Source: Eledone cirrhosa (taxonomy: Eukaryota). From it: a stretch of DNA of 64,000 nt. Below the pieces are notes generated by a model, which was not told the DNA's origin, made no database searches, and saw only the letters and a program-made list of their open reading frames with translations. Shown here in pieces: positions 24,904 to 38,217 of the stretch. Made by a program: the position numbers and the translations under genes. The DNA lies in NCBI GenBank assembly GCA_964016885.1, contig OZ024740.1, positions 373,736,001-373,800,000 of the forward strand. Direction: 5' to 3'. Positions within the stretch are counted from its first letter, which is position 1. Every line of letters begins with the position of its first letter.

Positions 24904-26799
24904 ATTGTTGTTGTTATATTTGACACTAGATATAATACTTTACAGTGATTTCTATTATCTTTGATGAGATTATCACTTTAAAGTAAAATAACCAACTGCC
25001 AAAAATGAATACACTGTTTATTACCCGATAATGCATTAAGTTATTTTAATTTCATTGTTTTGTGAATAATGTAAATGTTATTGTTGGCGCTCGCTATAAA
25101 CCATGATTAGACTCTTAATGTAAGCAATCCAGTGAAATCTACCTCACCAAATTAACAACGAATCAAAATATGATGAGCTATTTATAATACACTAAAACTT
25201 AAAATGTAGATGAATATAAGAACGAAAGACGGAAAAAATATTTTTGAAAAGTGAACCGTGTAAACTACAGCATAAATACAATCAAAACTACAGAATATCA
25301 CGTAAGAATGATGAACATTTAACCAACTGAACAAATGCCAAAATACATTTTATAAGGCATAAATGGATTTAAAATGAATATATTCAAAGAAAATCATCAA
25401 TTTCTAAATTCCATATGAAATAGCAAAATCAAAATATAAACATACAACCTCAGATGAAAATTATCCATAATATCTGCATTCTAACAAGCATGTTAATTTA
25501 AAAATAGTCATAACAAAAAATAGTAAAAAAAAATATTTGTCTTAGAATCAATTCAATGGGTGACTGTAGTTCATTATATAAGCTAATGTCCTATTCAATG
25601 TAGGTAACAAATGAAGATATCAAAACCATAAAAATTGGAGATTTATCAAGCAGCATAGAATATTACATCTCTACGCTATATCGGCCACTAAAAGAAGAAC
25701 TATAATTACTCAACGGAAAATATGAGCCCAAAACGCAGAAAAGAACCTTACACTGGTTCATAATAATATTTATAAAAGGAAAAATATTTGATGACTTGAA
25801 ATCGATAGATCTTCCATCTGAATATGTCAGCGACAGATAAGATTTAATGATACAATGACATAAATAAATTTGCAAGCTGGTCATAATAGACACACTGGAA
25901 ACATATGGGAGCATGAATATCTTCCAAATATAAATCTAATCTATCATTTGCAGCAACGATCGTAATAGAAAATAAATCCATCACCCAACATACATACACA
26001 AGAACTCTGATAGACAACAAATAAAATTAAACAAACAGACAAAAATAGAAATTGAAAGCAAACGGCTCTCAATTCTTAATGAAAGAATCAAAGTAAATAT
26101 TCAAATATAAAAGGATAATGAAAAGAGAAAAATATTTTAAGAAAATAAAATAACAGAAACTGTATTATCCAAAATGGAAAACTAATAGAACCTAACAATA
26201 TTCCGCGCATTGCTTCGAGATAGAAAATGACAACTACATGTTTTTTTTTTATTCTTATTTTTAAAAAAAAGAAGCATTTTGACTGCGACGAAAAATAGTA
26301 TTGTGAATATATCTAGTTCCAACGTAAATATGAATGCAACTAGGCGGGAATGTCAAAATTAAGAGCCATGATAATACTGACACATGCGAGAAAATAACAT
26401 CCGAACAGTAACCCAGATGTGCATAATTACATATATATTATGCTTGAGTGTAATAAGCATATATTTAGTATCGAGGTGACTCGGCAACTTCCAGATTTCG
26501 GAGTATAAAACAGTGAATTACCACATTTTATAAGCAAATTATTATTGTTGAAATCTTATTTATAAATAGAGAAAGGTAACCAGCTAGTATTTGCCATTTA
26601 GTAATAGAACATATAAAGTATCTTAAGATACATTGATATAATCTCGCTGTAATTATATAATTGTTTCTGCAGAAGATGTTACATTTTCTTTTACTCATTC
26701 ACTGAAACGGATGTTGACATACATATGGAATGCTCGTTCACACAATCCGACGACTGGCCAGCATGCACCTGGAAAGCAATACGTCCATATCTATATCAT

Positions 26800-26870
26800 G
26801 GAAAATATTTGATGTTGTAGATCAAGTTATCTACCTGTCAAGTACTCTTTCCAGAGCAAGCATCCACGCT
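26800..26870 (+). mobile_element. tiny RTE-like LINE remnant
   Basis: [15 protein letters not shown] resembles the RTE motif VVDKFTYLGSTLS. Confidence 0.35.
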
Positions 26871-27096
26871 GAAGAGTCAACATGGCAGCATAAAGCATTG
26901 CATGCAAATGAAACTGAAGAAGTTCGAAAGGTACTTGCCCACTGTGCGATACAACATGCAACATGGCTCTTCAATGATACCAATTGCAATAACGTGGTTT
27001 TGCCAATATCTGTTTGTCTATCTGTGCAAAAAGGCTGTACACGAACGCAGATTGTCTTCCATGCGTTTAGCCCTCTTATCCCTTTCGCCCCCTATG

Positions 27097-27099
<3 letters not shown>

Positions 27100-27140
<41 letters not shown>

Positions 27141-27255
27141 TATACACACATGCATACACACACACATACATACATTCATATACACATACATATATACACA
27201 TAAATGTATACATATATACATATATACATACATGTACACACACCGACACAAATAA

Positions 27256-27318
<63 letters not shown>

Positions 27319-27457
27319 GATATATATATATATACACATACATACGCATATATACATACACGCATATATACATGTAAACATATATACATATATATACATA
27401 TATATATATACATACTTTTAAATATATATATACATATATACACATATACATATACAT

Positions 27458-27522
<65 letters not shown>

Positions 27523-27633
27523 CATATATATTCACATATACATATATGTATATATATATATATATATACACATACACACACACATATACACATATACATA
27601 TATACATATATACATACATATATACATACATAT

Positions 27634-27676
<43 letters not shown>
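27100..27676. repeat. compound (TA)/(CA)/(TACA) microsatellite field
   Basis: Directly visible; source of the spurious YIYI ORFs. Confidence 0.95.
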
Positions 27677-27679
<3 letters not shown>

Positions 27680-28039
27680 GCTCAGCCGTTAATATGCATA
27701 AGGAAAGTATATACATTCAAACGTTCAGTAGACTGACAGGAAGGTATACGCTGCTGATGAGAGCTAATAAGTTAAAAAATAGTTCATCGTTCCTTTGTCA
27801 GTGTTGAACAAAAGGGCAACGATGGTTGCCGAACAAGGTATGGCATAATTCGGGCTGTTTGTTTACAAACAAACCGAACATTATAATAAATGTTCGGTAA
27901 AACCATACGTACATATATATATATGTGTGTATGTATATACATACAACTGTACGTCATTATACATATATGTATGTACGTATACATACTTAAGTTTGAATAT
28001 CAGCCGTACTAAATGTGAGAAATGAAATTTCAATGTTTC

Positions 28040-28124
<85 letters not shown>

Positions 28125-28166
28125 TCCTATGTCTCTCTGGTTTGATATTTGACGATTGTTGGAGCA

Positions 28167-28269
<103 letters not shown>

Positions 28270-28498
28270 TATATATATATATAATATAAGACGAAGAATA
28301 TACCCCGAAATCAGACAGATCCACACAATGATCGCGCCTCGAGCTGTCCTGCGGCGAAATAATTGTAACACAATAAATTGAGTTCAGATGAATCACTGAT
28401 TTTTCGTTTGTTTACGAATATCATACTCTGCTCTGTAAGAGCATAGAGTGTTGAACCGGCATATCCCCTAAGGAAGGATCTCAGCTACCAACCGACAC

Positions 28499-28534
<36 letters not shown>

Positions 28535-28543
28535 ACACACACA

Positions 28544-28621
<78 letters not shown>

Positions 28622-28623
<2 letters not shown>

Positions 28624-28850
28624 AATAGTAATAATAATAAATTTGAAGACTAAAATCCAAAGAGGTCTCGATAAGGATAAATATATATCAAATATATAAG
28701 AACCGTAGAGCAAATATTTATTAAAATAACAGATTAAAGTTTAAGCAAAGAATCGCTGCTTTCACCCTTAACGGGATCTTCTGAAGATCCCGTTAAGGGT
28801 GAAAGCAGCGATTCTTTGCTTAAAATTCAATCTGTTGTTTTAATAAATAT
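28622..28850. mobile_element. fold-back pLTR-tail fragment (same family as 23527-23735)
   Basis: Near-perfect hairpin centred on gggatcttc-t-gaagatccc (~28782), arms about 65 bp. Confidence 0.8.
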
Positions 28851-28914
28851 ATATATATATATATATATTTATACACACACACACACACATACACACACAC
28901 ACACACACACACAT

Positions 28915-28950
<36 letters not shown>

Positions 28951-29001
28951 GGGTGTATGTGGGGGGGGGGGGCGTTGACTGTATATAAATATATGAATAT
29001 A

Positions 29002-29397
29002 TATGAATGTATGTATAGTATATTTGATAATATACTGTATCCTTATTTAAAACAGTTTGAAGACTATTCGCTATGAGTTTTAAAGTAGTGACTATGTTAG
29101 TTACTTTCTCACGGCAAAAATAAGGGGTAGCAACTGACAGCTGTTTCTCGTGTGTTAACGGTTATCAAAATTGCTTAATTCTTCGCTTCTGCCGAGACTT
29201 ATCAAAGCTGGATTCTTATAGCATTCCAGTGATGTTTAAGAGCTGATTAAGCAGAGCAGTTGCCGGTCCAGCAAAAGTTAGAAATTAGTATCAGTGCTCT
29301 GAAATAACGATGTATGTATGAATGTATGTATAGTATATTTGATAATATACTGTATGTTTATTTAAAAAACATTTTGAAAACCATTCGCTATGAGTTT
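29002..29397 (+). mobile_element. small element with ~75-bp direct terminal repeats
   Basis: 29002-29078 resembles 29317-29397. Related to 34995-35582. Confidence 0.6.
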
Positions 29398-29415
29398 GTA
29401 TATATATATATATAT

Positions 29416-30106
29416 AGAAGGATTTAAATGGATACAGCTTAGTTAAAAGGAATTTATTGACACGTGTTTCTATAACAGTTACATAACCTGAAAACAGCTG
29501 CTATCCACAAAGTATTAGTTATGCAGACATTCAATATTTCAATGTTATTATCAACTGTCATTTCATCGGAATAATTTTACTGAGGACCTGTTTGGTTTTT
29601 ATAGAGAATATTAGGTGGGAGGGGTGAAGTTGTTAGAAGAATATTTGAGGGAGTGGTTTTTTGATAGCAGTGAGAATTTTTGGTGGCAGTGAGTAATTAG
29701 ATTCCCATCTGTTGTTTTGACATTTTTATAGAATATATTATTGGTTATTTTTTCTAAATATATAGAAGGATTAGAGATAGTATAGATATGCGTGGTTGGT
29801 TTTGTGTTTGCACTTAATTAACATTCGGACTTACATTTTTCTTTCATGTGTACGTATCCTTTCGCCCACGCATTCACACACAAACATATATGCACACCTC
29901 TACAAAATACATATACTCACATACACATACTTACATGCTCATACTTACATACATATACACATGCATACATATATATATATATACACATATATACATGTAC
30001 ATACATACGCGTTCATGTGTATACATTTTCATACTCAACATATCTTTATATACACACGTATAGACACACACATATATACATACATACTCAAGTCTATGTG
30101 TATATA

Positions 30107-30181
<75 letters not shown>

Positions 30182-31530
30182 ACTTTAATACATGAATACA
30201 CTTACATCTAACTATACACATCAAACATATATATATATTTACTTATTTATATACATTTTCACATATATATACATACTTATGGTCGCTTTTAGACACATTC
30301 ATTATAGCATATTTGCAGCTATTCTCATCAGCATATCTTTCCATTATTAGTGTGGTAATTTAAGGTTATTAATATACATTTATATGTTGAGAAGAGATTG
30401 TTTTTATATTTTTCTAACTAGATTGAGGTTTATATAGTTGGGGGAATGTCCCTCTTTTATGTAATATTCAGCTTGTAGTGGGAAAAAAGGGTTTTAGTTC
30501 GGTGACGGCAGAATAATGTTCGTTCAATTCTGTTATTCAGCAATTTCCTCTTGTGTGTGATTATGTAATAAATCTCAAGATTACACAATTTGCAGAAATT
30601 TTGGCTCCTGGAAAAGCTTTCGATTTTAGCTAATTTCTCCCATTTTAGGGTAAACTTTTGATCGCTATCCCTGAGCGTCCAAGCTTTTTCTGCTAACGTT
30701 GTTACATTTCTTTGGCTCTGGTGTTTTATTGAGTAAAAATGCCTATATAATCGAGATTTAAACGATGTTGCCGTTGATCCCACGTAATACCACTCGTTGC
30801 CTCTGGATTTAATGGTACACTTATAAATAATATTTTTTTCCATGCAGTTATTGCCGAGGGGGCAGTTGTCAGGATAGGTGCAGTTACAGTTGTGTACGTT
30901 GGGTTTTCTCTGGAGTAGTATTGCGGACGAACTTAGGTGAGGTTTATTTATGTTCTGTAGTGTATTGTCTACTGTTTTTTTTTGTGTTCTTTGTACTTAA
31001 GTTTATAGTGTTTTCGTTTAACCTTCTAGTATTGATCTTGTTTATGTGTTGTTCAAGGTTTAACGCTGTAGAGTATGACAGTCTTATAGTGGTAGAGTTT
31101 AGGATTTTGTGGTATTTGTGTGATGTAGGAAAATGTCTCTTAATTATTTTAAAGAAGAGTACTGGTAAATTTGTACTAATGGAACTATTGTATTCAGGGT
31201 TATACCATAAGGACTCTTTGCATCGCTTTCTATTAGTTTTGTTTGTTGGTTTACTGGTGTGTATACTATCGTAGTAAGTGTGGTTTGGTGTTGTGTTATT
31301 ATATCTACCTATGTGGGATTTATTTTGGGCGTTTTGATTGTTCTCATCTATATACTCTATTTTGTTGAGGTAGCCTGCTTTACTAAGGGCGTTATCGTAG
31401 TACTCGGCGTATTCCTTAAATAGTTGTATGTTAGAAGATAGACCCGAGATTCTAAGGGAAATACTTATAGGGATAGATTTAATTATAGAGATGGGGTGGT
31501 TAGACCCTGTGTGTAATATTTATATTACAA
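29416..31530 (-). mobile_element. 5'-truncated Penelope-like element (RT thumb, linker, GIY-YIG, 3' region with hammerhead)
   Basis: ORF 30457-30843 IIYKCTIK..WYYVGSTATSFKSRLYRH..CKLCNLE..LLNNRIE...CRH. (TA)n flanks. Confidence 0.88.
29454..29574 (-). ncRNA. minimal type I hammerhead motif with a long stem II insertion (core mutated)
   Basis: ttatt-CCGATGA-aatgacagt...actgttata-GAAA-CACGT-GTC-aataa. The palindromic CACGTG stem III is typical of PLE hammerheads. Confidence 0.65.
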
Positions 31531-31544
31531 CACTACGGAAAATA

Positions 31545-31641
<97 letters not shown>

Positions 31642-32679
31642 CATGCATACATACATATATATATATATATATTCAGGAGAGAGAAAGACTGAGAGAGAGG
31701 GTGACAGACAGACAGATAGATAGAGAGATGGAACAATAGATAGATACATACATGTATACATATACGGCGGTCTGAGAGGATATATATGAAACAAAGTATA
31801 CGCTGCCTTTTGATACCTTGCCAGATATTTGATGCGTCATTATATTTTCTTAAATCCGATATCGTATCATATAACATTATGTTCATGCGTTTAAAATATG
31901 CACGTAATCATTCAGGTTTAGCATTACAGTAAATATACCTAATGTTACTCGTGTGATTAATCAAATGCGAGATTGATTTTTCACGATGAGCATTTGCCAA
32001 AAAGGGAATAATTATTCAGAAATAATAGAATCCCTATACAGAATAAGTTTATATATATTTCAGTGATTTGTGGATTTCATATCACAAGTACTTTAACCAC
32101 AAAAGCTTTCTGCAGAAATATTCGCTAACAATTCCACATCATAAAATCATATTTGAACTTTTATATATAGCTGTCAGCTTTCTGACAATAGCTTCCAAGA
32201 GATTTAATTTCAAAACAGTACAAAGCACCGTGATACGTATGCTATATAATTTAATTTAGTAGATCAACTAATTAGCGGAATTGAGTGATCGCAGTTCAAA
32301 TATTGCGGACCTATCATTTGAATATCTCAGAATAGAATAGCTGGGCAGATTGTACGGGCATAACCGACCGGCAGGAATCCCAAGGCAACACCCCCGAGCT
32401 AAATGGTTGTATACGATACATGACCTCGACTGGTTTCGCTTGGGGATCTTACCAGGTCAATTGGAGAGAGTTGCTTTTGACATGACTCACTAGAAGGAGT
32501 TCGAGTGCACTCATCTCTCTGTACCTTACCAGGAGGAATTGGGGGAAGGAGAAGAAGTAAGAGGAGGAGGAGAAGGAGGAGGATGTTCTATATTTTTAAT
32601 AGTGCCAAAATGTGTTCATTTGGATTAGATATATATATATATGAATACCCACACTGACTCAGATCCACACACACACGCG

Positions 32680-32709
<30 letters not shown>

Positions 32710-32710
<1 letters not shown>

Positions 32711-33195
32711 TTGTGGTAAGGAACCAGATGGACCATAACTCACCAGAGTACTCAATACTTAGGGTAGTAGAGTGGGTAATAGGAAAAGTTATGACCCCGA
32801 CCGCAGAGCTCAAGCCGTTTCGACGGCTATTTCTGGACTAAATTAGAATGTTTAGCCTGGTAAATAAATAGCCAAACTTGTCAGGGGTACTTCCTTATAT
32901 GGGAAGATTGTAGTTGTCAATGAGGGTGTGGGTAACGCCTGACTGGCGTTACTCACACCCTGATTGTTCTACAGGCAAGTTCAGCCACCCATACCTCGCA
33001 CCAAATGCGATGAGAGATGTATTTCTGTTTACAGCAAATTTTGACCAATCCTCTTGACAACTACAATCTTCCCATATAAGGAAGTACCCCTGACAAGTTT
33101 GGCTATTTATTTACCAGGCTAAACATTCTAATTTAATCCAGAAATAGCCGTCGAAACGGCTTGAGCTCTGCCGTCGGGGTCATAATTTTTCCTAT
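32710..33195. mobile_element. inverted-repeat PLE-derived element with a hammerhead-like fold
   Basis: Arms 32779-32920 and 33054-33195 are near-perfect inverted copies. (TA)n flanks. Confidence 0.75.
33086..33180 (+). ncRNA. type I hammerhead-like motif with a variant core
   Basis: accc-CTGACAA-g..ggctattt...aaatagcc.tc-GAAA-CGGC-ttgagctct-GCCG-TC-gggg. Confidence 0.6.
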
Positions 33196-34989
33196 ATATA
33201 TATCACACGCGATTTTATGAATTGTATATTAGATATAAAATATATTCATAGTGCTTTAATGTTGTATAATTGTGTCTTCATGCACTATTCATACATGAAA
33301 ACACATTAATTTTAGATTGCGCAGTATCTGTTATATACATATATGTGAAAGTCCGTCACAAATATTTGCCTATTGTTTCTTGAAACAACGCGCTGCTATT
33401 TGTTATGTTCCTGAATGACCAACTAGATAAGTGTGAAAATAAATTCCTTGGAATAATGTGCGATATAGAATAGAAATGTACTATTTTCTATAAACTTTCT
33501 TTTAGATAGGATGAATTATTCTATAATATTTACAACATGACCTCAATATTGTTCTGAAATAGCAAATATCACCATGAATTGTAGTTAATACAGTAGATAT
33601 GGAAATAAAACACTCTGCCTTCTGTATATCTTAAGCTGGTTAAAACTTATGAGTGTAAATCTATAACGGTGAAGATTTTCCCTACATATCCATGAGGTAT
33701 AATATTAGATACCAATCGATGCAATGCGTAATATGACTTCCAAGCCAAATATAGCATACTGGATTATGTAAATATATAAATAAGTAGTTTAGCAATTGTG
33801 CTAAATCAGTTCTGCCTGATTTATGAAAGAGAACCATTATGGTATCACTTGGAATTGATTCCAATATATAGTTATTATTATATTGCCATCCATCATTCTG
33901 GGTTATATACAATAATGATAAGAAATACATTGATATTTTTATGCTACTCCTTTTGTCAAAATATTATGCAAACACACCTTCATACATCGCAGACATGACT
34001 ACTTTATTGGTATCTCGTCCATGGTCAGCATTAACGAGACTGTCACTAATTTTCAATACCTTTATTGTCTAATTTTACTACAACATGTCTCGTTTTCTAG
34101 CAGGTCAGATGTCTGCAGGGATTCGTTTTAGATTTTCAAATGTGAACGTTTGTCCGATATCAACTCTGCTCTATATAAACATTTAGGTTTAAAGAAGCAA
34201 GTTTCATTTATGAAAACAGTTATTCAAATAACTTTGTTATGTAGAAGACCGAAATATATGTTAAATTTATTCCGAATTATTTTTAGGCTTTCATTTCGAA
34301 TTTTTTAAAAATAGATATCAACTCGAAATTAGAAAGGCATTGATGTCAGTCAATATTTACGCGCCATCTTCTAATGGATATTAACTGAAATATAGATGAC
34401 GTGAAATTAATACATTTATAAATCTTTTTCCAAATGAAAATATTTCACTGAGAGATTGTCAGTAAAAAAATATTAATTTATGACTTAGCCATAGCCATGC
34501 TAGAAATAATTGGAATCTTTAGGTAATCAATCGTATGTATTGTTTATAATAACGCACAAGTAATAACAGATGTATGTGTAATACGTTATACGCGAGCAAT
34601 ACTATGTAAGATGAAGTATGCAATATCATAAATTTATCTGTAACATTACGTGCGTGTAAATGTATACGAACTTTAATGCTGTAGTGAATTATTTCTGATA
34701 ACAGCTAATTTTCCCTATTCAACAACATGTTATTCATATGCTTCCCTTATTATTCCTTTCATTCACATGACAAAGCTTAATTTTTTGGCGATATAGAGAA
34801 ACGGAAAATAAAATGAGCGAATAACAAAGATACAAATATTTCCGCCGAAAGCACATTCAATACCAAAGTTAAGATATAAACATTGATGTATTGTTAAACA
34901 AACCATTATATATTATATTCACATACATACGTAATTGCATGCACACAAACACACGCAAACCTACACATAGGTTCTTTTAATATATATAT

Positions 34990-35756
<767 letters not shown>

Positions 35757-36315
35757 ATAAAAGAATAGAGGTGTAACACACGAGTTATGATATATTGGTA
35801 AACGGAAAAGAAAATGCTGATAAATTGTTCCCAGTGAAAAATAGTTTAATTAGGAATAAGTAAAAATTAGTAATAGTATTGGTTAGTATTCAGTTTTGGT
35901 TTTAAGTTTTACCGATTGCGCATTTCTAATGCTTTTAAAAATAATTTTGAGATAGAGGGCTCGTGATGTTTGCTCTAATCTGATTAGTTTTGGAAATTCT
36001 ACCTGTTTTAGGTGAAAAAAAGTGGCTCCAGATGTATTAAAATATGTTTCGCGCCAATTCGTGTTGCAAACATTATTGTGGTTAAAATAATTTTGATTGG
36101 TCGGTAGAGGTCATGTGAATGTTAAAAATTGATTTTGCGCAAAATGTATGTTTGTGTCGGCTGATTGTGAAGTCACTGAAAAATAAGTTTTTCAAAACAA
36201 ATATGTGTGTGTGTGTGTGTAGTAGTAGTAGTAAAGAGGTTCGTTGTTGTGATAATGGTCAGCAGGGATGTGTGTGCTAACCGTAGCCTGTTGACAGTTC
36301 AAATGCCTATTAAGA

Positions 36316-36318
<3 letters not shown>

Positions 36319-36394
<76 letters not shown>
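36319..36394. repeat. (GT)n microsatellite
   Basis: Directly visible. Confidence 0.95.
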
Positions 36395-36396
<2 letters not shown>

Positions 36397-36696
36397 CAGA
36401 GTAATTCGTGGTAGAGTGATGGTCAGTAGGAATGTGTCTGTACGTGTGTGGGGGATATTTTACATGTTAAAATATATTTTTCAGCTCTTGTCTTATACGG
36501 AGAAGTGTGTGTGTGTGTATGTGTGTGTATATGTCTCTTTGTATGTTAATGTACGCGTGTGTATGTGTGTGTATATATATATGTGTGTGTATGTGTGTGT
36601 ATATGTGTGTGTGTGAGAATGTATGTGTGTGTGTAAGGGTGGACCAGTATTTTTGTGATACTGGTGAAAATGGTGTACATTGTCGCATTTACGTGT

Positions 36697-36882
36697 AATA
36701 ATTGTTTCTACTTTAGGCACAAGGCCAGCAATTACCTATTGCATTACTGGTACTTTACTTTATCAACCCCGTAAGGATGAAAGGCAAAGCCAACCTCGGC
36801 GGGATTTGAACTCAGATCGTAAAGGGACGTAACTATGATGGAAAGCATGGCGTTCGACCCTCTACCGATACTGCCAATCCAC
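36697..36882 (-). mobile_element. full-length SINE
   Basis: Reverse complement of 17901-18084. Confidence 0.9.
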
Positions 36883-37358
36883 ATCCTCTCGTGGTGCAGG
36901 TAAAATAATACAAGAAAAAAAAACAATATAACTGCATATTGATATGATCATCCATGACGTCAACATGAATGTAAATAGGTACAGGCAGTCAATTACAATT
37001 TACAAGTATCACGTAAACCATACTATGAAACAAAGGATAATATAGTTGCCACTGGCCTGCGAGCGCCCAAGAGGTCATCTCTACGGAATTTGACTTCATA
37101 TGAGAAGAGTTGGATAGGCAATAAATCGAATTTGTGCTAATCAATAGCGAAACGCGCGTCACCAATCAATAAACGTAATGAAGGCTTACAAAATAGTCCT
37201 ACTATTATTATATTATTACATTACACTCTGTCTATCTCTACACCTCACCACTGACGTGAATCCTAGACATCGTGTGCCCACCTGAGTAAATTACAGGAAT
37301 TTCACGTTTCACTCGCTGGATGCACATACACACACATACACACACATACACACACACT

Positions 37359-37389
<31 letters not shown>

Positions 37390-37419
37390 ACACACACACA
37401 CACACACATACACACACAC

Positions 37420-37460
<41 letters not shown>

Positions 37461-37466
37461 AATATA

Positions 37467-38154
37467 TATTAAAATAACAGATTAAAGTTTAAGCAAATAA
37501 TCGCTGCTTTCACACTTAAGGGGATCTTCTGAGGCCAAAAACATCAATCTGTGAACGCAGAAGTAAATATTTCGAAAAAACGTTGCAACCGAAGGAAGAC
37601 ACGAAGACGATACTTTGGTTCGTGGAAATGTTCCCTGGCAAAGAGCGGGAAAAAAATGGAAATAGTACGTCACTATTTGGAGCGGTGAAAACAATTACAC
37701 GCAAAGACAAAACCACGTGTATGGTATAAATGAAGTCGTAGACTAATGTTCTATTAGGTTGTTCGTGGAGACGTTCTCTGCCAATGAACGAAAAAAAACG
37801 AAGATAATACGTCGTTACGTGGGCTTGAGAACAATTACACGCAAAGAAAAAAACCACGTTTATGGTATAACTGAAGTCGTAGACTAAAATTCTATTTGGG
37901 AAACCGAATGATTCTCGGCTTTAGAGTTAAGAATTATGTAAATAAATTACAGAGGTAATTGAAATCAACAAAAATTAAATATATACATGCACGCATCCAT
38001 ATACGTACATACACATGCATACGTGAAAACACCCGCCATGGGAATGCAAATACAAGCACGTACACAAAAAAACACGCACTCACATACATAACCCATGCAA
38101 CGCCTGTACCCGCACACATACGAACGTATACACCAAATACACATAAAAATAAAA

Positions 38155-38217
<63 letters not shown>

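Noticed and set aside
27749-27790. ctgCTGATGAgagctaataagttaaaaaatag hammerhead-like motif
   Set aside because: The GAAA box and stem II are degraded; at best a dead remnant.
33682-33998. Short ORFs in unique AT-rich DNA
   Set aside because: No recognisable motif or splice structure; they cannot be assigned even to the putative GPCR remnants.
37690-37890. CRISPR-like spaced repeat
   Set aside because: Only two units, inside a PLE pLTR, in a eukaryotic context with no cas genes.
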